Source: Bispira polyomma
Taxonomy: Eukaryota
NCBI GenBank assembly: GCA_965649765.1
Contig: OZ287761.1
Span: forward strand, 21,452,001 to 21,516,000
Length of the DNA stretch: 64,000 nucleotides
Reading direction: 5' to 3'
Made by a program: the position numbers and the translations under genes. Shown piece by piece: positions 13,701-25,700 of this stretch. Under the pieces are notes generated by a model. That model ran no database searches. It saw nothing but the letters and a program-made list of their open reading frames with translations, and was not told the DNA's origin. Position 1 is the stretch's first letter. The number at the start of each line of letters is the position of its first letter.

Positions 13701-16700
13701 TCGAAACACTTATAGAGGGCAAAAAAAAAAAATCAAAGACAAAAGACAAGACATTGAAAGCATCAGATCTTTGCCAAACGTACCAAGTTACACTTCATTA
13801 TGGGTCGTTTCTTTTTCTTTGGTTATTTTTTCCAGAGCCAATTTATGCCAGAATGTCAGACATCTCAAGCTTATATGTGTCTTGGGTCTGTACTGATCAG
13901 ACATGACCCCCCCCTGGTCTGGTGGTTAGGGAGTTGGCAGTGGACTTGCTAAAGGCCAGGGCCCGTATTCTCGAACGTATACTCAGCTTAAACTCATACT
14001 CAACTCAAATATAGGCCATGTGGAAATCATTGTACATGGAAGTAACCTATACTTGTGACCATTCATTTTAATAGAGCTTTTAACCCTGAATTCAAATATC
14101 AAGTCAGATTTTAGATATATTTACGGTATCCAGAGTTATAGAGAATCAAGATTTGAGTTTAAGCTGAGTATACGTTTGAGAATACGGGCCCTGAGCTTTT
14201 TAGTTGTATAGCAACCTCAAAAAACTACCTAGTTGCCCGATTAGGCCAATACCCTGCCCCATGTCTGGATATGACACAAACCGTTTTGCGGCATTGAACC
14301 AAACTTAAACGAAACCAAAAAGGTTAAATTCAATTCATAAGTCAGGACAAATGAATGAATTCAACTAAAACTGAACCAAAAATAGCTCCAATTATAAGTG
14401 AGGACAAATTAATGCACTCAACCAAACTAAGCCAAAAAGGTTAAACTCGATTTATTAGTCAGGACAAATTATTAATGCATTGAACTAAACGTAAACTAAA
14501 CCAAAATTATATTAAGCTCAATTTATCAGCCAGGACAAATTAATGCATTGAACCCAAAAGTAAACTGAACCAATAAGATTAAACTCAATTTATCAGCCAG
14601 GACAAATTAATGCTATAGGAGCGAGTCACACCTAAGATATTTCAAAGTGCTGGAGTATTTACAAATGGTCTTACCTTTGTCCTGACGCCTTAAGCTTTAA
14701 ACCTTTATCTCTAAAATATGTAAAAACTGCCCTACACTCTTAGTGTTTAAGTTTGTGCAAAGTTCACACTAAGCAAAGATATCTTCTTAATGTCGCTGGG
14801 ACTAAGACTAAAATCTTAACATTTAACTTAAAGACCAAAATCTTAGACTTAAGACTAAGTTGAGACTTACGCGCTTTTGTGAATACGGCGGCTGGGTTTG
14901 ATGTCGATGGTATTGTTTGATGTGACAGGTCATTTAGATGATGGTAAAAAACTATGAAAGTCCAATAGGATCTATACTAGACCTGGTGACATTTTTCACC
15001 AGGAATAAATTTCAGCTATTTAATACCCCAGAGCTTGCTGATAGTGAAAATTCATTCCACATGAAATTTTAAATTTATAGATTAATTTTTTTAAACTAAG
15101 AAATGAGCCAAGAATAGGAAAAATTTATGCCACTGAATTTCTTAAAATTGTAATTTAGTGAAATTTTCTTCCAGCCGAAATTCCAACTTATACTGTATAC
15201 AATAAAACATGGCCCTAAAGCAATACATAGAGTCATCTCATATATTCAGGAATAATCTCTGGTAACTTAAAAAACCTTTTGTTTTCTAAAAGATTGAAAC
15301 CACAAATTTTGACAACATCATGTTACAGGACTGTAATTTTATAAAGTCAAAAGAAATAATTATATACCAAAATTTATATTAACTTTAATAACAAAAATTA
15401 TTTAGCTCAAATTTATAGATATATATATATAATTTAGTATGTAGATTTATGGAAAAATGTAAGACCATATACCTAAACATTAAAACAAAAAGTATCTACT
15501 GATGTTTCTGAGGTTGTCACAGTTAGTGTACACACTCACCTTGTGTATAAATATTTAGCCCCCAGGCGAGAGAGGTAGTTTTTTTGTAGTAACAAAAGCT
15601 TCATCATTTGGCTCAGTGCTGTTATGTGGTTAGAAATTCAAAGTAAAATATGTACTAGGTAGTTTTTGACCACAACAAAAAATAAATCTGGCAATACTTT
15701 TAATGAGAACTATTTCAAGTGTTGTTTATTAAAGTGTTTAAATATTTATTTATTTCATTTCCCGCACTCAAAAGTGCATAAATATGAATAATATTACAAT
15801 TACACAGGCTACATGTACATTAAACACACAAGTTGTGCTTTAAAGGAAAGAATTAAAATTAAATGTTGAAAATATAACTGAAACTTTAAGTTAATAATTT
15901 ACAGAAAGTAAAATATGAAAGACAGGCACAAGATAACAGTTAAAATTTTTATAGATGCACAAAATCAGTAACGCGGTAATGTAAGATTATATAAGAGATT
16001 AAGTACCATTATATTACTGAATTGATTAGATTAGATTAGTATATGTGCATTAATATATAATGTACACAACTGCCTGATGTTAAAATTACACACGCAAATG
16101 TGTGCATTTTGATTGCGTAAACTGTACTAACCAATTCCTAACATGTGCAATACAGTAATTTCTCCGTCAGCGGTCATAACGACGAAAAATTACGACACTA
16201 CCTAAGCCAACCCCCTTTAGTAAACAGCCTTAAATATAGGTCACACGACCCCAAATACATGTAGAACAGCTCCTACTCCGAAAAAATGTTGTTAATGCGG
16301 AGTGGAAGCTATACATTCTTAACCCTGTTAGGAATGGGTAGGAATTCTACTTACAAAAATTACAAAAACAATTAAAAAATTTAAAATTTGTACACCAAAC
16401 TAAGAATGCAAAAGTCAACATCCAAATCTGTACAGATTTGAAATTCATGTAAATTAAGTGAGGCTGTCTGACAGACTTCAGTGCCCTAACTAGGCTACCT
16501 TTTGAGTTAGAGTACCTTTTAATAATAAAATTTAAAAAACAAACCATTATATTAATGCAGACAAAAATCACAGACTGACTTGCAGTGGTTAAGCTTGTGT
16601 TTTTAAGACACTAGTCACTAACTAGCCTTGGTCAGGTGTTAAGATCCATAATTTAAATATAAAAAATACATACAGAATGCAAAATAAATTAATGTAAAAT

Positions 16701-19700
16701 CCTATAAAGTCCATAGAAAATAGTCCAGGAAAGTGGGTACCAAAGTAAAATTGTTGTGTTGCTTTGGGTGACTTTGAATTTGGTTAGGTTTTTACATTGT
16801 TTTCAACAGCTTAAGTCATATCACGAGGGTGTCAGATTGAGTGGTGGAAGAAACCAGCGCTGAAGCCACTGTGTAAACCACCGACCCTACAGCAAAGTAC
16901 CTGCACAAACTTTACCCCAAATGAACGAACAAACAAAATTAGCTTCATATTCACTGGCCTCTCACCAATGTAGGTTCAAGTCCTATTTGTTCCTTCATGT
17001 GGCAAAGTTTTGTGAAGTACTTGCTGTACGCCAGTTGTTTACAGTCCTTTAAAACCAGCTTCTTCCAGTATTAAATCTGGCTGTCATGTTGTGACCTGAG
17101 CTGCTGTAAAGCAACTTCTATTGCCCAAATATATTACAAATATAAGTTACTGTTAAGATCCTGTACAGATCGAGTTATTGCTTTTGTGAATGTCTTTTTT
17201 TTTTTTCTTTTTTTTTTTAATATGGATATTTAACATCCACTCTAGTACTTGTTTGGGTTATATTGGGACGGGTAGTTGGAAACGTTTGAGGAAACACTGC
17301 ATACAGTTGATCAAGGTTCTGCACTGAAACCAGTGGCCCACAGTAAGGAACTACCACCTTTCCCACATAGGCATTGACGGGATTCGAACTCACGCCGCCC
17401 AGAGGTGAGAGACCAGTGATTGTGAAGCGCAATGCTTGCTAACCACTAGGCCACCGCGGCCCCTTGTGAATGTCTTAAGAGGCAAACATCTTCTCGGGCA
17501 TTCACAAAATGTCTTAACTTAGTCTTAAGTCCAACACTTTAGTCTTTGATTTTGACCAAAAAGTTTCTGGTGTGAGTCCCAGTGGCAGTAAGAACAGAAG
17601 ATCTTTAATTTTAGGAATAAAAAATACAAACAAGTGTTTTATGCGCATTTTAAACAAACGATGGGGTTGGTGTAATGCACGAAGCAAGAAGGGCTGAGTG
17701 TGTTAATTCATCCCCAGAGATCGTTTAAAATGTGCATAAAACGTGAGTTTAAGCATTTTATTCCTATTCTAAAATGATAAACCCATTATTTTTTATTGAA
17801 ATGAGCCCATGACACCTAAAACTTGTAACTACTACACAGGCGGCTCCATGTTTTGGCTGTTCCGTCATATAACGTATATGACAAAAAAGCTCAGAATTTA
17901 CTCGAGGTAAAAATTTAAATCTAGTATACTTCTATGCTCGATTTAAGCCTAAGACTTGGCCCTGGAGTACTTGTACAAAACAGAGTTCATTTTGCACAGA
18001 TAAAAACAGATGTTTCTGACAGATTTGAGCCTTTACCAGGGCTAAAAGCACAATGACTTGGAGTTAGGCAAGAAAACTAAATAGCTTGTTATTTTAGTTT
18101 AAGGTCTTTTTACATGTCTGTGGTTACGGTAACTTCCAGGAAAGTATATTATCCTGGAACAACAAAAAGAAAAAATGTCAAAACTTTTTTTAATAGTCTG
18201 CTGAGTGTTTTAAGTGCAGATAAGTATACCAAGATATATATGTGTACCTGAGACCTGGTTTGAGCAATAAAGTATTAAGTCACTCACTTCCATGGCAAAA
18301 GAGAGTCCTGAGATTTTCAAAGAGTTCTATATTGCAACAATGATTACAGTATGAGGGTAATATATATATATGTTAATCCATTCCACCTGAGGCCTTTATG
18401 TATATCTGTAATGAAAGATAATTTTTACTTTTAAATTTGTTTTAATCCAACACAACCTTAAATTCTAACATGTTACTTATGTCTAAATTATTCAAATCAT
18501 ATTAACCATATTAAATATATTCTATACTTGCCTAAGTATGTCATAGGTTTTTTATAAAGCCTCCTAAGGATGGCGATCGGGTCACCAAATCTGGAGTTCC
18601 CTGGAACCGTATTCCTGGATCTCGAGCTCAGACTCAACTTAAGTGAAGCCTGTTGGGAAATCCTTTGTACATGGAATAAACCTGTACTTGTGACCATTCA
18701 TTTTAATCAAGCTTTCAGTGCTGAATTCAAATATACAGTCATATTTGAAGTATCTTTACCACACCCAGAGATATTGCGACTTCAGAGACTGAGCTTGAGT
18801 CTGCCTTAAGCTTGATATCTTTCGAGTATACTTCCCTAGGACTCGGAAACATTGTTAAAGAGTTGAGTCAAAATGAGCGTCTTAGAGGATGATTTATATT
18901 TACATAAAACTGCTTCAGTAATGACGAATAATAATAATAATACATGTATTATATATTGAAAAGCCTCAATCACAATCCTTATATCTGTGTTATTGACTGC
19001 TATGTATTTGCTTTTACAAATAAACGTTTCTTTGATATCTGCTTTTTTGCTGCAATTTCTTTCTTTTATTTACAATATTTAAGCCGTTTTGCTACAGTAC
19101 AGATTGCTTTAGCTTTGCTTTTCCTGCAATATTTTTTTTTTTTGAAATTGCACATCAGCGGCTTTGTGTTCGATGGTCTTTATAATAATCACTTAGCACT
19201 ACTCTATATCTGACCCGCTACCTTTAATAACCCTTGCTTCAATACACCCTTGGCCCTATTTTTTACATTGACGGTTGATTTGCCCACATTTACATTTATA
19301 ACCACTATAAACCACTATATAACTATAATTATACCTTTCACACCTGTACCCCCACCTTCACACAGACATCGATTTCATCACCATTTCCATGTACCCGACT
19401 TCTCAGCTTTTTGTACCCTTGCTTCAGCACTCATGGCACCATTTTAATATATTGATATTTTTCCCCACACACCTATAACCACTATATGACCACCATAATG
19501 TTACCTTTCACACATATACCCCCCCATCTTCACACAGACATCGATTTCATCATCATCCCAATGGACGATATCCGTGACGACCGCATCGTGCACCCAGACC
19601 TCCGCATAGACACCTACGGTGGGCCCGTGATCACCAGGGGCGCCATCAATGGAGCCGTCTACCTCAACGGACGGGCCCAGTACGTGGATGGTGGTGAAGG

Positions 19701-22700
19701 GCTTATTTGCAACGGCAACATCGGACAGTGCACCCGCGGACTGACGTTCCGCTACAAGATCCGGCCGCGGGGGTTTGTCAACAACACTTACTACGTCTCC
19801 AGCGGTCCCGTAACGATGTACTACCTCAACGGGAAGATGCACGTCCAGGTACGATCGCCAAATCGTCAGTGGACGACCAGTTTCGACACTTCCACCTATT
19901 TACCAGATGACGCCTGGTCACAATTCGACCTCAGCTGGGAGGACGCGGATGGGCTAAGGATTTTCGTCAACGACCGCCAGGTGGCCTATCAAGCCGAGTC
20001 AGAGCCTTACGACACGGACGATTATGACCCCAAGGCCAGGTTTTACCTGGGGCGGAGGGGCGAGGGAGATGGAGGAGATGGAGATGGGGGTTATCCTGTG
20101 GTACTGTTTGACGACGTCCAGATCTGGAAGGCCAAGAGGGATATCGTGAAAGACAAGTTTCCGGGTAAGAGGGAAAAAAAAACACGGGCGAATAATGACA
20201 GTGGTTATATAACAAAATAAGGCCAATTGTAGGTTAACCTGTGGGGATAAACTGACATCCAAGAGCCACCAGCAGATAAAAAATTGTACTTAAGAAATAT
20301 ATATCGTTCATTATTTTTGTAGTTCTCCTAATTTTGCCAATATGATTTTAAAAATACAGTAAGGAATCCAAAATTCACCACTGTATCAGAAATTCGCCAC
20401 CTGGAAAATGTTGTCTTTTTTGTCGAATTGTAGGTAATATTTAACTGAAAGTTAAGATTTTTATGTCTACTTTGCATTATTTACACTAAATTCCAGTTAT
20501 TTTCCGCCAGTTTTTAATTGATTTGTCTTAAATTTTAGGGGGTGGCGAATTTCAGGTACAGTGGCGAATGTTAGATTCTTTACTCTACAGCAATGGCTGA
20601 GCCTTGTTTGTGATCCCTGAGTGTGAAATCCAAGCAACCAAACTGTTTGTGTATGATAATATTATAAACATGATGCATAATGTGCAAGTATGTATTACTA
20701 GAATACTAATTTGTGTGTGTGTAAATATATAATATATACACCATGGAATGCATCCTGTTACATACCTTGATGTGGTCTTGAGCAAATGACTACTTATCAA
20801 TGTGATGTTAAGGCACAGTTGAATGCATCCTGTTACACACCTTAATGGGGAGCTAATGACTACTTATCAATGTAATTTTAAGGCACAGTTGAAAACCCTT
20901 AAAGTCGATCCTCAAGGGATCAAGAGAAATACCTTTTACTTGAGCAGAAATTCCACTTAAACAGGGGGTAGATTTTTATAAAAGAAAAGATCTTTGTTGG
21001 GGCTGGGGGGAGGGCTAGATGTTTTGTCAACATTAAAAAGAAAAAGCACCTGCAACATACAGTTCTGTTTTAAAAATTGGTTAACAACTGTATTTAACAT
21101 TTGTGTATGAGAGTTTGATTACTAACATATACTTTGCATATTGAAGAATTGTTTTAGTCTATAGTGTTGGGTTAGTTTATATATATCCTTGTTAAATGTT
21201 TTAGTTGCAGGAGCCGCAAAAGCCCGACATATTTCCCTAGTTATGTTAAATTTCTTTTTCATATGGAAAATTTTTAGGTGGCAAATTTCACATCCATTAC
21301 AGCCAGCCTATTGATGGATGTTCAAAAGAGGAGCCTTGCACACAGCTCAGATATGTCTGTTCAGTATTGATCACACAGCAAAAAAAAATATAGAAAATTC
21401 ATTTTTGCCATTTTAACACTGTATTACATATCACTGACAAAAATGCATTCCTTAAGACTTAAGACGTTCCCTATCTGGTGCACTGAATGAGTGCGTTATT
21501 GTACAAAATTAGGCATTCTTTCTTGATAAATAAAAAAAATATACTAAATATATAGAGTAGAACCTCTATTATCCAACCATGCTTGGATCAAGATTATGTT
21601 TGGATAATAGAGAAGTTGATTAAACAGAAGAGAAGACATCTCTGTATAAATCAATAAAGGAAAACATAAATTTGGGAGAGAGTGGAAATGAGTTACTAAA
21701 AATAGAATATTCGGATATTGATAGAAGTTTGGATAACAGAGGTTCTACTGTAGTAGTTTCTCTTTGACGGAGGTTTTTCACAGGTTTATTGTGATCGACA
21801 TTTGTCCAGAAAATTATTGGTTTTAAACAACATTTTTATAATGTTGCCCACTTCATGCATGCCAATATAATAGTATTTAATCCCTTTAATTCATTAATTG
21901 TGTTGTAAATGTCTTCTGTTTCAGCATCATAATGCATATTTTAAATTTTTTCACTGAAAGAGCTATTAAAACCAACGGCAAAATGTGTTATGGTTTATTC
22001 GCATTGATAACAAATGTGTTTTTCTATTCGTAGAATTAGAGTTTAAGAATGAGGTGAAGTTGAACACCTTGGATTTGAAGATTGGTGTAATTTATTAAAA
22101 AAACATACGAATGTTTATGTTATCAACAGATTCTCGATGATCGGAACTGTTTTAGGACCCTGTTCTGATATTCCTTTTAACAATAAAAATTCTTTTGCAT
22201 CTTAGGTTTATAATTACTTTTAAACTACATCAGTCTGTCTAAAATATCAATGAGATGTATCCTCATTATTCTAACAGAAGAACCCACGGTCACTCCGCCC
22301 CCAGTGACCCCCAGACCGACTGTACCACCGGTCAGACCACAAACTAAGTACATCCTGTTAAATGGCAAGTACTGGATCACCTACAACTTCCCCGACCAGG
22401 ACATCTATGACATGTGAGTACAATATAATACAAGTATGAGAGGCCCAAATAATGTGCCCGGAGTAATCACAAAACGTCTAACTGGCGCAAATCTGGGTAC
22501 CCGCGCATTTAGTGTGAACCAATCTTAGAGACCCAGTCTAGCAATATGGCAGCTGATGTAAACCGAATCTATCAAACAAAAATATCTGGGAGAATGTTGA
22601 AAAGGTATAAGGAAAACGCATATTTACTGTAAAAAATAGACCTGAATTATTGTTTTAACAAAGTGAATTAGGATTATAGGCAATAATAACCAGAATACCT

Positions 22701-25700
22701 ACTATGTAATGTGAGTTTTGAAGGCTTTACAAACTGCCGACTACAGGACAATACACTACAGGTGACGACACGGCACTGCACGACAGTACTTTTCATATCA
22801 AACTAGGGCTGTAAGAGTACTTTTTGGTACCTCATTAAAGAATAGAGTAACGAAAATTAGGAAAAGAGTACTCTTCTTTTTTTTTTTGATATCAGAAGTT
22901 TTGTAAATATTGTCATAAAATTGACCTCAAGTGAACACTTAAATAGTAACTTTTAAAGATGAATTATGCAAATTCTGGCTATTTTTATGCTTGAAAGAGT
23001 ACTCTTTGAAGAGTAATGATGAAAGTGACTAAGTTGAAAGTGACATAAAGCCCAAATACATTCAAATTCTTATAGTATAATTTTAGTTTACCTTTTCTCT
23101 TGTTGCCAGTGACAACCCAAGACGTGAGGAGATCCAGTTCCAATTCCGTACTAACCGGACCACAGGGATGCTCTGGTACAGTGGGGATGAGCAGAGGAGT
23201 GCACACCTGGGGCTGAAGGTAAAAAAACCTCTATTATACGAACTGCTGATATATCTGGTAAATAGGTAAAAAAGTCTATTATACAAACTTCTGGTATATC
23301 TGGTAAACAGGTAAAAACCTCTATTATACAAACTTCTGTTATATCTGGTAAACAGGTAAAAACCTCTATTATACAAACTGCTGATATATCTGGTAAACAG
23401 GTAAAAACCTCTATTATACAAACTTCTGGTATATCTGGTAAACAGGTAAAAACCTCTATTATACGAACTGCTGATATATCTGGTAAACAAGTAAAAACCT
23501 CTATTATACAAACTTCTGGTATATCTGGTAAACAGATAAAAACCTCTATTATACAAACTGCTGATATATCTGGTAAACAGGTAAAAACCTCTATTATACA
23601 AATTTCTGGTATATCTGGTAAACAGGTAAAAACCTCTATTATACAAACTGCTGATATATCTGGTAAACAGGTAAAAACCTCTATTATACAAACTGCTGAT
23701 ATATCTGGTAAACAGGTAAAAACCTCTATTATACGAACTTCTGGTATATCAGGTAAACAGGTACAAACCTCTATTATACGAACTTCTGGTATATCAGGTA
23801 AACAGGTAAAAACCTCTATTATACGAACTTCTGTTATATCTGGTAAACGGGTAAAAACTATATATGAACTGCTGGTATATCTGAACACTTCGGGTCTAAA
23901 GGTAACAAAACCTATGTTTTATGAATTGCTGTATATATCTGAACACCTATGGTCTGAAGATAAAAACCTCTATTGAATTAACTTTGAAGATAAAGAGACT
24001 AACACATACTTCGTCTTGATAATAAATTCTGATATAGCAACATAGAACTGTATGATCTAGTACAGTATTGTATTGCTTATTTGCATTTTTCAGCACACCT
24101 TATTGATGCGAGGCATCTTCTAAAGCACAACAACTGAATCAATTTGCAATTCGAGAAGTTGTGCTTTAGAAGATGCCTCGCATCAATAAGACATGTTAAA
24201 TTAATATAATACAATAGAACAATATGATATCAGTATCTTTCTCTCTATTTTCAGAACGGTGACCTGTTGTTTGTGATTGAAGAGAACGGTGAGATTGTGG
24301 ACAGGTTTAGAATCACCCCGTCCAGGCCTCTCACTGACAACGAGTGGCATAATGTGATTATCAAGAGGAACAGGGGACAGGTGAGAGCGTATGAACTCGT
24401 AAAAATATATTAGTTGGTTACATGGGGCTATAGGTTGGATGGTTATACAGTTATTGGCATTACGTGATTATCAAAGAGGAACAGGTGAGAGGATGAACTG
24501 TCGTCTCGCTAGTTTGGTCAATAGTTTACTGATTAATGCAAACCACTAGCTTTCAGCAAGTCTTCTGCTAACTTTTCCCATATACATGCAAGGGGGGCCC
24601 GAGATGTGAACCTGTGACTGCAAAGGTGAGGGATGAGTATGTTACCACTCTACACCATCGAGGCCCTATTATGGCCCTGCCTTCTGTGATTAATTCAAAC
24701 CGCTAAGTTATCTTATTTTTTCTACTGTACAAGCACAGACAACCAGCACCAGTATCTGTCATTTGACCTTAACTTAAAGCTTGTATGTAAGAATGATTTC
24801 ATTAAAATTTGCCCTATTACTGAGAATAAGCGTCTAAATGCTTTCAACCCCAACAGAAAACTTTTGCCTGGAACTGCAGTAATTTCTTTCAGGTAATAGG
24901 TCACAGATAGCTTAATTCACTAAGACACATCACAAAGTAATTCCGGCATTCAATTATAGCTTCAATAATTTCCCTAAATGGGGATGTCTGCTGTACCTAG
25001 CTGTTCCTATTGTGAGCAACTGGAGGGAAAATAATAATATTTTTGCGCATGTCGACTATTAACAGACAGACTCGGGTTCTGGGAGTAACAAATGCCCTCA
25101 ATTGCCAGCTGACAACCTAGGTGTTGAAAGGGTTAAATAGTTTGTCAGCTTGATTACGTAATCGTTGGTATTTCTCAGGTGACATTTGACATTGACGGTA
25201 GACAAAACACCAAGCGTCTGACGAGTGAGGTGATCTTTGTCCCCGGCGACAAGCCTTTCCACCTGGGTGGAAGTTACGGTACTGACAGCATCAAGAGGAA
25301 CTTTGTTGGAAACCTGACAGAGGTTTGTCACTTATGTATAGTTATATACAGTCAAACCCATTTGAGTAGAACTTTCATAACTGGAATTACCTGTTAAGTA
25401 GGAGTTATTTTAAGGTCCCATTACTATACAGTGGAACCCTTAAAGTAGAACTATCTTAAGTACGTTTCCTTTTTATGTGGAGATAATTATGTAGTCACAT
25501 GAAGGCCTTTACTTTTAAATTCCACCCTGTTAACTGGGGAGTGTCAGTCACACTGTGCACCAACGTCTTTTTAAAAAGACAACTCTTGTTTTATTTGATA
25601 CTTTTTACTCTCACTCTCCAGGTTAAGGTCATTACTGGGGGCACAGACATCGACTTGGTCCGCCACTTCCTGTCTGACCCGAGACCCGATTGGATCACTA

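Noticed and set aside
17217-17432. Similar small ORFs MRFTITGLSPLGG (also 53792..53974)
   Set aside because: They are translations of SINE copies, not a gene family
23083-23888. Long minus-strand ORFs (202 and 245 aa) with 15-aa repeats, and a possible CRISPR-like look
   Set aside because: By-products of the 45-bp minisatellite; there are no unique spacers and the context is eukaryotic
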